From Vicinamibacterales bacterium (GTDB taxonomy: Bacteria; Acidobacteriota; Vicinamibacteria; Vicinamibacterales; UBA8438): a stretch of DNA of 64,000 nt. The stretch covers positions 154,664-218,663 of the forward strand of contig CBDAUL010000004.1 in NCBI GenBank assembly GCA_965200475.1, read 5' to 3'. The first letter of the stretch is position 1; each line of letters opens with the position of its first letter. Of this stretch, positions 9,412-17,773 are shown in pieces. The position numbers and the translations under genes were made by a program. The notes under the pieces were generated by a model that worked only from the letters and a program-made list of their open reading frames with translations, was not told the DNA's origin and ran no database searches.

Positions 9412-10826
9412 TGCTGCTGCCCCTCGGCCAGGTCCGGGATCTCGACGTCGCCGCAGAGCGGGCAGCCGACGGCGGTCTCGCCGGGCATCAGGTTGAGCGC
9501 CTCGCGCCGCTGCGCCATCTCCTCGGCGAACTCCTCGTCCGTCAGATAGACGCCGCGCATGATGTTGATGAACATCTGGTCGACCGACCGGTTGCCGCCG
9601 CCCGACCAGTTCCGGGGATCGGCGACGTTCGGATTCGACGGCGAGTTGTTGAAGTAGCCCGTCAGGCGCAGGATGGTGCCCTTGGGCAGCAGCGGCGCGG
9701 CGTCGTCCTCGTACGTGTAGACGCGGACCCAACTGTGGTCGTACCCGGCGCAGTTGAGCGTCTCGATCGAGGTGCCGAGGATGGCGTCCAGGCACATGCG
9801 CACGCCGGGTGCGTGCAGGTGGGGCTCGTAGACGCTGATCTTCGTGTGCTCGGGCAGCGTGAAGAACGCCTCCATCCGCTGATCGGGATCCATCGGCTCG
9901 ATGTCCAGATCGACGGTGTTGCCGAACGAGATCCCCCGCACCTGCCGCGTCGGCTCGTAGCCGCGCGGATGGAACTTGAAGCCGACGTCCACGCGGGCGC
10001 GGGTATCGGCGCCGTTCGCGTGCAGGTGGATGTTCTCGAAGAAGACCGTCGATCCGGCCGCGATCAGCTTGCCGGCCTCGGGATCGAAGAAGTCGGCGTT
10101 GCGCCCGACCTCGTGCACCGGCCAGCGGGATTCCGGCGAGTCGTCATCCTCCCCGTCCGGCACGACGATGTCCATCACCAGGTGATGCACGATGAACAGC
10201 CCCCCGACCGTGGCGCGGCGCTCGCCGACGCTCGACTCGGTCACTTCCTTGAACTCGAGCGCCGAGACGTAGCGGTCCTCGGTCAGCCCCGTCGGCGTCT
10301 CCCCGATGTGGCCCCACCAGTCGGGCGATTCGCCGGGCAGCTCCACGCTCGGCGACGACACGACCAGATCGGGCTGGCCGATCTCCCACTCGTCCACGTC
10401 GATGAACGCCACCGGCGGCGGCAGGTCGGCCGGATTGCCCTCCGGTGCGCCGTTGTCGACCCACTTCGCAATCAGCGCGATCTCCTCGTCGCTCAGGGAC
10501 GGATCCTCCTTGAACGACTGGATGCCGACGTCCTTCTCGATGTACCACGGCGGCATCACGCCCGGCTTGTCGCGGAGCGCCGTGCGGTTCCTGATGGCCC
10601 GCGCCCAGGGCCGGACCTCGTCGTAGTCGATGAGCGACATCGGCGCCAGCGAGTCGGGCCGGTGGCACTTCTGGCAGCTCCGCTGCAGGATGGGCGCGAT
10701 GTCCTTGCTGAAGGTGACCTCGCCGGTCGCGGGCTGTCCCGCGGCCGTCGCCGGCAGTGCGATGAGCGCCGCGAACGCCGCCGCCAGGAACGGACGCCAT
10801 GCCCGCCGCTGTTGCATCGTCGTCAT
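9408..10826 (-). CDS. Family A secreted protein, copy 1: CxxCH heme-c motif domain fused to PHM/DBH-like copper monooxygenase-like domain
   Basis: GAGGAGG RBS lies before the ATG at 10826. Signal peptide is present. Motifs are FSKDIAPILQRSCQKCHRP, then IVHH, HLHANG, PHLHAPGVRMC and VDQM. Paralogs at 37151..38554, 42668..44032 and 61783..63105. Confidence 0.8.
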   Translation of the reverse strand: MTTMQQRRAWRPFLAAAFAALIALPATAAGQPATGEVTFSKDIAPILQRSCQKCHRPDSLAPMSLIDYDEVRPWARAIRNRTALRDKPGVMPPWYIEKDVGIQSFKEDPSLSDEEIALIAKWVDNGAPEGNPADLPPPVAFIDVDEWEIGQPDLVVSSPSVELPGESPDWWGHIGETPTGLTEDRYVSALEFKEVTESSVGERRATVGGLFIVHHLVMDIVVPDGEDDDSPESRWPVHEVGRNADFFDPEAGKLIAAGSTVFFENIHLHANGADTRARVDVGFKFHPRGYEPTRQVRGISFGNTVDLDIEPMDPDQRMEAFFTLPEHTKISVYEPHLHAPGVRMCLDAILGTSIETLNCAGYDHSWVRVYTYEDDAAPLLPKGTILRLTGYFNNSPSNPNVADPRNWSGGGNRSVDQMFINIMRGVYLTDEEFAEEMAQRREALNLMPGETAVGCPLCGDVEIPDLAEGQQQ

Positions 10827-11042
10827 TGTGCCGCCTCCTCTGGTTCCCGACCCGCCGTCACCCCGATGCGTGCAGTCTACTCCCGCGGCGTGCAGTTTTC
10901 CACCCGCACGCGGCCGCGACGGGTCGCGAACCGGCACGTCCCGGACCGGTCGAGCGGAGGATGGTGTCGAAAGGGGTTGGATGCGCGGCGGGGAACGCGC
11001 TCGCGGTCACGAGGCAATCGTAGCGTCAGGCGCTGCCCGGCG

Positions 11043-12674
11043 TCACCGGGGGATTCTGTCGGAAATCAGGCCGGTCAGCTCCCGGCGGGCCGCCGCGTTG
11101 TCCGGGTCGAGCGCGAGCGCCTGCTGATAGGCGGCCGCCGCGCGGTCGAGCTCGCGCCGGGCGCGGTGCGCGCGCGCCTTGCCCAGCCAGGCCGCGGTCG
11201 AGGCCGGATCGGTCTCCACCGCCAGCGACAGGGCGTCGACGGCGAGCCACAACTGCCCCGCCCCGGCCGCCGCGCTCCCCAGCCGCGTCAACGCGGCGGC
11301 GTCCCGTTCGGCCAGCGCCAGCGCGGCCTGCAGGCTGGCGAACCCCTGCCCCGGCTGTCCCGACCGCAGGCGCGCCAGGCCGAGATGGAACTGCGCCAGC
11401 GGATTGGCGGGCGCGCGGCTCACCGCCTGCTCCAGCGCCTCGCGCGCCTGCTCCGCGTCCCCCAGCTCCAGCGCCGCGACGCCCAGCCGGTAGAGCGGCT
11501 GCGCGCTGCCCGGCCGGCGGGCGGCCAGCCTGCGGTAGTGTGCGATGGCCTGCTCCAGGTCGCCCGCCCGGGCCGCCGAGCGCGCCGCCAACTCCAGGTC
11601 GGCCTCGAACAGCCCCTCGTCGTGCAGCGACTGCAGCAGCGCGTCGAGGTCGGCCTCGGTGATCGCGCCCCGGAACTGCCGCCGCAGGCGGCCCCGGGCG
11701 TCGAAGACGTAGGTCGAGGGCAGCGCGGCCGCGTCGGCGCCGCCGAAGAACCGCTCCATCAGCGGCGCGGCGGCCAGGAACTGCGGATACGGCACGCCGA
11801 GGTCGCGGATCATTCCGCGGACCGAGTCCAGATCGTCCACCTCGACGCTGACCCCGGCGAAGTCGACGCGGCCCCCGTAGCGCCCCGCCAGCGCCACGAG
11901 CTGCGGCAGCTCCACGTTGCACGGCGCGCACCAGGGGGCCCAGAAGTTGACCACCGCGGGCCGCCCGCCGGACGCCAGCGGCCCGCTGCCGCCGGTCAGG
12001 CGGGGCACGTCCACCGCCGTCGACGGCGGACCGGCGGGCCTGGGCCGCGTGCCGTCCGGCCAGCGCGGCAGCGCATCGACCACCACCTCCCGCCGGCCCT
12101 CCACCACGCGCAGCAGCCGGTCCGCCGGCAGGTCGGTCCACGCCTCGCGGGCGCCCGACGGCCATGCGACGGTGAGCCGCTCGACGCGCTCGGCGCCGCC
12201 GAGGCCGAAGTGCAGGTCGAGCGGCACCTGCGTCTGGAACCCTTCGGTGATCCGCACGTAGTCGCGGCGGGCGATGCCGCCCGCCTCCAGCGTCACCACG
12301 GCGCCCAGCGCGGGGGCCGCCGAGCGCGTGGCGGCCAGCCGGACGCGCGCGTAGCGGCGGTCCTCGGGCGGCGCCTGCTCGTCCGACGTGTTTTCGAACA
12401 GCCGCAGGCCCTGCAGGGTCAGCAGGGCGAGATCGACGTCGCCGTCGCCGTCGACGTCCACCGGCGCGGCGGCGCGGCCGTCGTGGTCGCCGTCGAGGCC
12501 GAAGACGTACGCGCTCCCGACCAGCGCCCCGCCCGCGTTGTAGAACAGCCGGTCGCGCTCGTAGCCGCTGAACGAGCCGCGGAAGGCGCGCCGCTCCCCC
12601 GCCGCCACCGGCGCAAAGGGGCTCGCCCGCTCGATGGCCTCGGCGTCGGCGACAACCTGTCGCCAGAAGAACGG
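11043..12674 (-). CDS. C-terminal portion of a CRTAC1-like protein: ASPIC/UnbV-like + TlpA-like thioredoxin (WCAPC) + TPR; in frame with 12675..14498 across one TGA
   Basis: HFGLG....V..L.V.WPSG UnbV-like segment. VVNFWAPWCAPC redoxin motif. C-terminal Ala/Leu-rich TPR-like repeats. The 22 codons between the TGA and the first GTG (12608) are open. Confidence 0.65.
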   Translation of the reverse strand, partial: PFFWRQVVADAEAIERASPFAPVAAGERRAFRGSFSGYERDRLFYNAGGALVGSAYVFGLDGDHDGRAAAPVDVDGDGDVDLALLTLQGLRLFENTSDEQAPPEDRRYARVRLAATRSAAPALGAVVTLEAGGIARRDYVRITEGFQTQVPLDLHFGLGGAERVERLTVAWPSGAREAWTDLPADRLLRVVEGRREVVVDALPRWPDGTRPRPAGPPSTAVDVPRLTGGSGPLASGGRPAVVNFWAPWCAPCNVELPQLVALAGRYGGRVDFAGVSVEVDDLDSVRGMIRDLGVPYPQFLAAAPLMERFFGGADAAALPSTYVFDARGRLRRQFRGAITEADLDALLQSLHDEGLFEADLELAARSAARAGDLEQAIAHYRRLAARRPGSAQPLYRLGVAALELGDAEQAREALEQAVSRAPANPLAQFHLGLARLRSGQPGQGFASLQAALALAERDAAALTRLGSAAAGAGQLWLAVDALSLAVETDPASTAAWLGKARAHRARRELDRAAAAYQQALALDPDNAAARRELTGLISDRIPR

Positions 12675-14498
12675 TCAGTAGTCGGGCGCCGCGGGGTCGC
12701 GGTGGCTCGTGTTGCCGTTCGTGACGAACAGCTCGCGGTCGCCGTCGTTGTCGAGATCGTAGAAGAGCGACGCCCACGCCCAGCCCGCGTCGCTCACGCC
12801 CAGCGCCGCGGCGCGGTCGTCCCAGCCGTCCGGCCCCTGGACGAACAACTGGTTGCCGCCGGCGAGCCGGCCGAGACGGTCGTGCATGGCGCCGCCGAGG
12901 GTCTCCGCCAGACGGACCACGCGCTGCCCGGCGTGCGAGTACATGTTCGACAGGTGCAGGCTCCAGCGGCCGCTGTTGTCCCAGTCGGCGACCGCGACGC
13001 CCATCGTGTTGCCGGCGCCGCCGGCCACCGGATGGTCCGGCAGCGCCGCGAACGTGCCGTCGCCCCGGTTGTCCCACAGGGCGTTGGCCCCGTAGTCGTT
13101 CCCCTCGAACAGGTCGAGGTCGCCGTCGCCGTCGAAGTCGAAGAGGTGCGCGGCGTAGGTGTAGCGCGTGCCGGAGATGCCGCGCGCGCCCGACTCCTCG
13201 CTGAACCGCAGATCGCCGCGGTTGATGAACAGCAGCGTATCCGCGCCGTCGCGCGCGTCCACCCGGTTGAACCGCTCCGGATCCCGCGAGCGGTCCGTCT
13301 CGTAGCCGGCCACCACGATGTCGATCAGCCCGTCGCCGTTCACGTCGCCGGCCGTCAGCGGCTGGGCGTCCGTACGGTGCGCGCCGGACGGGTTGTCGAA
13401 CTCGAGCGCGTTCGGGAGAAACTGCCAGCGGCCGCCGCGGCGCGTGTACAGGCCGATCGAGCCGCGCCCGGCGCTGTAGAGCACCCGGTTGCCGACCAGC
13501 TCCTCCAGACCGTCGCCGTCGAGGTCGACGAAGAGGGTCTGCGAGGGAATCAGGCGCGCATCGTCGTAGGGCGGCGCCGCGCGCACGAAGCCGCCCCGGC
13601 CGTCGTTGAGGAACAGCACCGCCTGGTTCATCGACTCGGTCGCCAGCAGGTCCCAGAATCCGTCCGCGTTCCAGTCGACGACGCTCAGCCCGGAGTCGAC
13701 GAGGCTGGAGCGCGTGTCCACGATCGCCTGCCGCAGCTCGCGGTTGGCTTCCGAGCGGTTGAAGTGGAACCCGGCGGCATCCGTGATCTCGCGGAACGGC
13801 GGATGCGGGTTGCGGACCGCCGTCGCCTCCACCACGTCGAACCGCTCGACGTGCCAGCGGCCGGACGGCGCCCGGCTCACGCGCGCGTGCACGGTGGCGT
13901 CGAGGACCGCACGCGCGCCGGCGGGGTCCGGCCCCCCGATCTGCAGGTGCGCCTTGACGAACGCCCGGTCGCGCGCCGGCTCGAGCAGGAACTCGAAGGC
14001 GTGCCAGGAGGCCCGCTCCACCGCGGTCCAGCCGGCGGCGTGGCGGCGCAGCACCGCCAGGAACGAGGCGCCGTCGAGCGGCTCCGACGCCGCCGGCCCG
14101 TAGCGGCGAACGGCGAGCCGGTCATCCGCGACGACGCGGCCGGCGTCCGGCTCCGGGAAGCGCCCCCGGAACCCCGCGGACAACCCGCGGGCGGCCGCCG
14201 CCCAATCGAAAACGCGCAGGCCGGCGATCAGGGTGTCGTCGAGGCTCCGCTGCACCGCCTCGAGCGCGGCCTCGGACTCGGTGACGTCGGAGACGAACCG
14301 CGCGGGAGCCGGAGCCAGATCGGACTCGGGCCGAGCCGTCTGCGCGCCGGCAGGCGCAACGGCGGAAGACAGCGCCAGCCATCCGGCAACGCCGAGCATG
14401 CCGCCCGCGAGGAAGGGTCGCACCGGTCTGCCGGCAGTATACAGGCCCCGGCGCCGCGCCCGGCGGCCAGACCCCCGGGGCGCTATGATACGAGCCAT
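12675..14498 (-). CDS. FG-GAP/VCBS-repeat (CRTAC1-like) N-terminal portion, ending at in-frame TGA 12675..12677
   Basis: Repeated DxDxDG motifs (DWNADGFWD, DLDGDGLEE, DVNGDGLID, DFDGDGDLD, DLDNDGDRE). Signal-like N-terminus. The start is uncertain (14498 or the internal Met at MLGVAGW). Confidence 0.7.
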   Translation of the reverse strand: MARIIAPRGSGRRARRRGLYTAGRPVRPFLAGGMLGVAGWLALSSAVAPAGAQTARPESDLAPAPARFVSDVTESEAALEAVQRSLDDTLIAGLRVFDWAAAARGLSAGFRGRFPEPDAGRVVADDRLAVRRYGPAASEPLDGASFLAVLRRHAAGWTAVERASWHAFEFLLEPARDRAFVKAHLQIGGPDPAGARAVLDATVHARVSRAPSGRWHVERFDVVEATAVRNPHPPFREITDAAGFHFNRSEANRELRQAIVDTRSSLVDSGLSVVDWNADGFWDLLATESMNQAVLFLNDGRGGFVRAAPPYDDARLIPSQTLFVDLDGDGLEELVGNRVLYSAGRGSIGLYTRRGGRWQFLPNALEFDNPSGAHRTDAQPLTAGDVNGDGLIDIVVAGYETDRSRDPERFNRVDARDGADTLLFINRGDLRFSEESGARGISGTRYTYAAHLFDFDGDGDLDLFEGNDYGANALWDNRGDGTFAALPDHPVAGGAGNTMGVAVADWDNSGRWSLHLSNMYSHAGQRVVRLAETLGGAMHDRLGRLAGGNQLFVQGPDGWDDRAAALGVSDAGWAWASLFYDLDNDGDRELFVTNGNTSHRDPAAPDY

Positions 14499-16497
14499 GC
14501 AGCGTGCCGCGCTCGTCATCCTGTTGCTGGCGCTCGGCCTCGGTCTCCCGGCGGCAGCCGCCTCCGCCCAGGATTGGCGCCCGCTCACCACCGCGAACGG
14601 CGAGTGGCCCAGCTACGGCGGCGACACCGGGCACACGCGCTACTCGCCGCTGGACCAGATCGACGCGTCCAACTTCGGCGAGCTCGAGATCGCCTGGCGC
14701 TTCAAGACCGACAACCTCGGCCCGGCGCCCGAGTTCAAGCTCGAGGGCACGCCGCTCATGGCCGGCGGCGTGCTGTACGCGACCGGCGGCACCCGGCGGG
14801 CGGTCGTGGCGCTCGACGCCGCCAGCGGCGAGCTGCTGTGGATGCACAGCGAGCACGAGGGCGAGCGGGCGGCGCGGGCGCCGCGCCTGCTGTCGGGGCG
14901 CGGCCTGGCGTACTGGACCGACGGCACCGCGGCCCGCATCCTGTACGTCACGCTCGGGTTCCGCCTGGTGGCGCTGGACGCCGCCACCGGCATCCGGGAC
15001 CCCGGCTTCGGCGACGGCGGGATCGTCGACCTCAAGGCGGCGGCCGTCGTCGGCGACGGCCGGCCGATCGACCTCGTCAGCGGGGAGATAGGCCTGCACG
15101 CCACGCCCACCGTGGCGCGGGACGTCGTCATCGTGGGGGGCACGTTCGCCGACGCCCCGGCGCCGCGGACGCACAACAACACCAAGGGCCTGGTGCAGGC
15201 GTTCGACATCCGCACCGGCCGGCGCCTGTGGGTCTTCAACACCGTCCCCCGCCCCGGCGAGTTCGGCGCCGACACCTGGCTCAACGACTCGTGGGGCACC
15301 AACGGCAACAACGGCGTCTGGACGCAGATCTCGGCCGATGCCGACCTCGGCATCGTCTATCTGCCGGTCGAGACGCCGTCCGGCGACTACTACGGCGGAC
15401 ACCGGCCGGGCGACAACCTCTTCGGCGAGAGCCTCGTGGCGGTCGACCTGCTGAGCGGCGAGCGGCTGTGGCACTTCCAGCTCGTGCACCACCCGATCTG
15501 GGGCTTCGACATGGCCAGCCCCCCGATTCTGGCGGACATCACCGTCGACGGGCGGCCGATCAAGGCGGTCGCGCAGCCCGGCAAGCAGGCGTTCCTGTAC
15601 GTCTTCGACCGGGTCACCGGCGAGCCGGTCTGGCCGATCGAGGAACGGCCGGTGCCGCAGGGCGACGTGCCCGGCGAGTGGTACTCCCCGACCCAGCCCT
15701 TCCCCACGAGGCCGCCGGCCTACGACCGGCAGGGCGCGTCCATCGACGACCTGATCGACTTCACGCCCGAGCTGCGCGCCGAGGCCGTCGAGCTGGTGTC
15801 GCGCTATCGACTCGGGCCGCTCTTCACGCCGCCGGTCGTCAGCCGCGAGGACGGCCCCATCGCCACGCTGGGGCTGGGCGCCGGCAGCGGCGGCACGAAC
15901 TGGCCCGGCGGCGGCTACGACCCCGAGACCCACATCCTGTACGTCCCGTCGCGGACCGGGTTCTACTCCTGGGAGCTGATCCCCACGCCGGGGCCGGACG
16001 TCTCGGACATGCGCTACGTGAAGGGCACGACGAAGTACGGCGTCGGTCACGGCGGGCTGCGCGACCTCAACGTGCGCGGGCTGCCGCTGGTCAAGCCGCC
16101 CTACGGGCGCCTGTCCGCCATCGACCTCGACCGCGGCGACATCCTGTGGCAGACGCCGCACGGCGACACGCCCGACCGCGTTCGGCACCACCCGGCGCTC
16201 CGGAACCTGGAGATTCCGCGCACCGGCGAGCGGTGCATCCACCTGATCGGCCCGCTCGTCACCCGCACGCTGGTCGTGATGGGCGAGTGCGGCTACCACC
16301 GGACCGAGGCGGGGCGGGGCGCCATGCTGCGGGCCTACGACAAGGCGACGGGCCGGGAGGTGGGCGCGGTCTTCATGCCGGCGCCGCAGTCGGGGTCGCC
16401 GATGACCTACCTGGCCGGCGGGCGGCAGTACATCGTGCTCGCCGTCAGCGGACGCACCTACTCGGGCGAGTACCTCGCCTTCCGGCTGCCGGGGTAA
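14485..16497 (+). CDS. PQQ-dependent (quinoprotein) dehydrogenase, secreted
   Basis: Signal peptide followed by W.SYGGD..HTRYSPLDQI..SN...L..AW and GTPL...GVLY...... . The repeated propeller W-motif pattern is typical of quinoprotein dehydrogenases. The start is 14485 or 14497. Confidence 0.8.
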   Translation: MIRAMQRAALVILLLALGLGLPAAAASAQDWRPLTTANGEWPSYGGDTGHTRYSPLDQIDASNFGELEIAWRFKTDNLGPAPEFKLEGTPLMAGGVLYATGGTRRAVVALDAASGELLWMHSEHEGERAARAPRLLSGRGLAYWTDGTAARILYVTLGFRLVALDAATGIRDPGFGDGGIVDLKAAAVVGDGRPIDLVSGEIGLHATPTVARDVVIVGGTFADAPAPRTHNNTKGLVQAFDIRTGRRLWVFNTVPRPGEFGADTWLNDSWGTNGNNGVWTQISADADLGIVYLPVETPSGDYYGGHRPGDNLFGESLVAVDLLSGERLWHFQLVHHPIWGFDMASPPILADITVDGRPIKAVAQPGKQAFLYVFDRVTGEPVWPIEERPVPQGDVPGEWYSPTQPFPTRPPAYDRQGASIDDLIDFTPELRAEAVELVSRYRLGPLFTPPVVSREDGPIATLGLGAGSGGTNWPGGGYDPETHILYVPSRTGFYSWELIPTPGPDVSDMRYVKGTTKYGVGHGGLRDLNVRGLPLVKPPYGRLSAIDLDRGDILWQTPHGDTPDRVRHHPALRNLEIPRTGERCIHLIGPLVTRTLVVMGECGYHRTEAGRGAMLRAYDKATGREVGAVFMPAPQSGSPMTYLAGGRQYIVLAVSGRTYSGEYLAFRLPG

Positions 16498-17003
16498 GGA
16501 GTGGCTGGCGCCGTGCCGGCCACCTGGCGCTCGAGGGCGAGGAGCGCCTGCTTGACCGGCAGGCCGCCGCCGTAGCCGGTGAGGGTGCCGTCGGCGCCGA
16601 TCACGCGGTGGCACGGCACCACGATGGCGAGCGGGTTTCTGCCGTTGGCCGCGCCTACCGCGCGCGACGCCGTTGGCCGATCGATGCGGCGCGCCAGCTC
16701 GCCGTAGGAGATGGTCTCGCCGTAGGCGATGCGGCGGAGCTCGTCCCAGACCCGGCGCTGGAACGTCGTGCCGTCCGGAGCGAGCGGCAGATCGAAGTCG
16801 CGGCGGGCCCCGTCGAAGTACTCCGCGAGCTGGCGCTTCGCCGCGTCCAGCGCCCCGGGCAGCGCCCGGCGTGTCTCGCGCCACGCCGCATCGGGCGTGC
16901 GAGCCGCCGCGTTGGGCAGGTCCACGCGCTCGAGGTGCCGCTCGTCGCCCACCAGGCGCAGGATGCCGATGGGCGTCTCGAAGTCGTGGTAGGAGCTGGG
17001 CAT
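16458..17003 (-). CDS. ogt: Methylated-DNA--protein-cysteine S-methyltransferase
   Basis: Active-site PCHRV motif in the context GETISYGELA......RAVG.A...NP..I.VPCHRVI..DG.L.GY.GG. Confidence 0.85.
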   Translation of the reverse strand: MPSSYHDFETPIGILRLVGDERHLERVDLPNAAARTPDAAWRETRRALPGALDAAKRQLAEYFDGARRDFDLPLAPDGTTFQRRVWDELRRIAYGETISYGELARRIDRPTASRAVGAANGRNPLAIVVPCHRVIGADGTLTGYGGGLPVKQALLALERQVAGTAPATPYPGSRKARYSPE

Positions 17004-17172
17004 CTCGGTCTCCCGGCAGTCGGACGCCGCTATCCTGCCAGAGTAGCATGGCCCTCTGCGACCGGTCGCGCGGCGCCGCCCCCCCAAGGCGGGGCCGGGC
17101 AGCTTGGGGCCTGGTCGAACGGGATGCTATGATTTTCGCCAGCTTCTCACACAAACGGAGAAAAACGGCCGG

Positions 17173-17766
17173 ATGTCGCGGCGCGTACACGAGGCGGACG
17201 ATCGCTACTTCCAGATGTACGGCCTCACCGCCCAGGCGCCGCAGGCGCTGAACGCGGCGCTGCAGCAGGCGATCGCGAGCTTGCGCCGCACGCTCCATGC
17301 ACCGTCCGTCAGTGAGCTCACGGCGCCGGAGCTCGCGCTGCTCCGGCAGGCCGGCGTCGACGTGGACGAACACCCGGACCGCGACGACCCGCTGGCGAGC
17401 TACGTCACCGCCTTCGGCGCCATCCTGGCCACGTGTCTCACGCCGGCACAGGCTGCCGCGCGCCTCGGAGGCATCACCCAGGTCAGGGTCCGCCAGATGA
17501 TCCGCGAGGGCGCGCTGTACGCCGTCCGGATCGAGAACCGCTGGAAGATCCCCATCTTTCAGCTCGACCGCGACGGACTTGTCCCGAACGTCGGCCTGGT
17601 GAACGCGGCCGTGCCGCGCACCCTCGACCCCGTTTCGGTGCTGCGTTGGTACACGACCCCGGATCCGCAGCTCGAGACGGCGGACGGGCGCGCGCTCAGC
17701 CCGCTCCAATGGCTCAAGGCCGGCCTGCCGCCGCAGCCCGTCATCGAGATCGCGCGCGACCTGTGA
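17173..17766 (+). CDS. Putative antitoxin with excisionase-type HTH domain, partner of the RES toxin
   Basis: LTPAQAAARLGGITQVRVRQMIREGALYAVRIENRWKIP matches the excisionase/HTH_17-type pattern. Lies 7 nt upstream of the RES-domain gene. Confidence 0.6.
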   Translation: MSRRVHEADDRYFQMYGLTAQAPQALNAALQQAIASLRRTLHAPSVSELTAPELALLRQAGVDVDEHPDRDDPLASYVTAFGAILATCLTPAQAAARLGGITQVRVRQMIREGALYAVRIENRWKIPIFQLDRDGLVPNVGLVNAAVPRTLDPVSVLRWYTTPDPQLETADGRALSPLQWLKAGLPPQPVIEIARDL

Positions 17767-17773
17767 CCCGCGC

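Noticed and set aside
12675-12677. In-frame TGA read as Trp through an alternative genetic code.
   Set aside because: Many well-supported genes in the window terminate at TGA at the position expected from paralog alignment or ATGA coupling (731, 21856, 9408, 52790, 54607, 59819). TGA is therefore a normal stop in this organism.
16458-16497. 40-nt convergent 3' overlap of the PQQ dehydrogenase and ogt genes.
   Set aside because: The overlap is caused by a non-conserved C-terminal tail on Ogt after its last family motif. Such overlaps are common in compact GC-rich genomes and are not evidence of anything unusual.
9351-17132. Giant 2593-aa plus-strand ORF.
   Set aside because: It is extremely Arg/Ala/Gly/Pro-rich and has no recognisable motifs. 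It runs antisense or out of frame across several well-supported genes (A1, the CRTAC1-like gene, ogt). It also runs in an alternate frame of the PQQ dehydrogenase gene. This is the stop-codon-poor artefact expected at about 70% GC.
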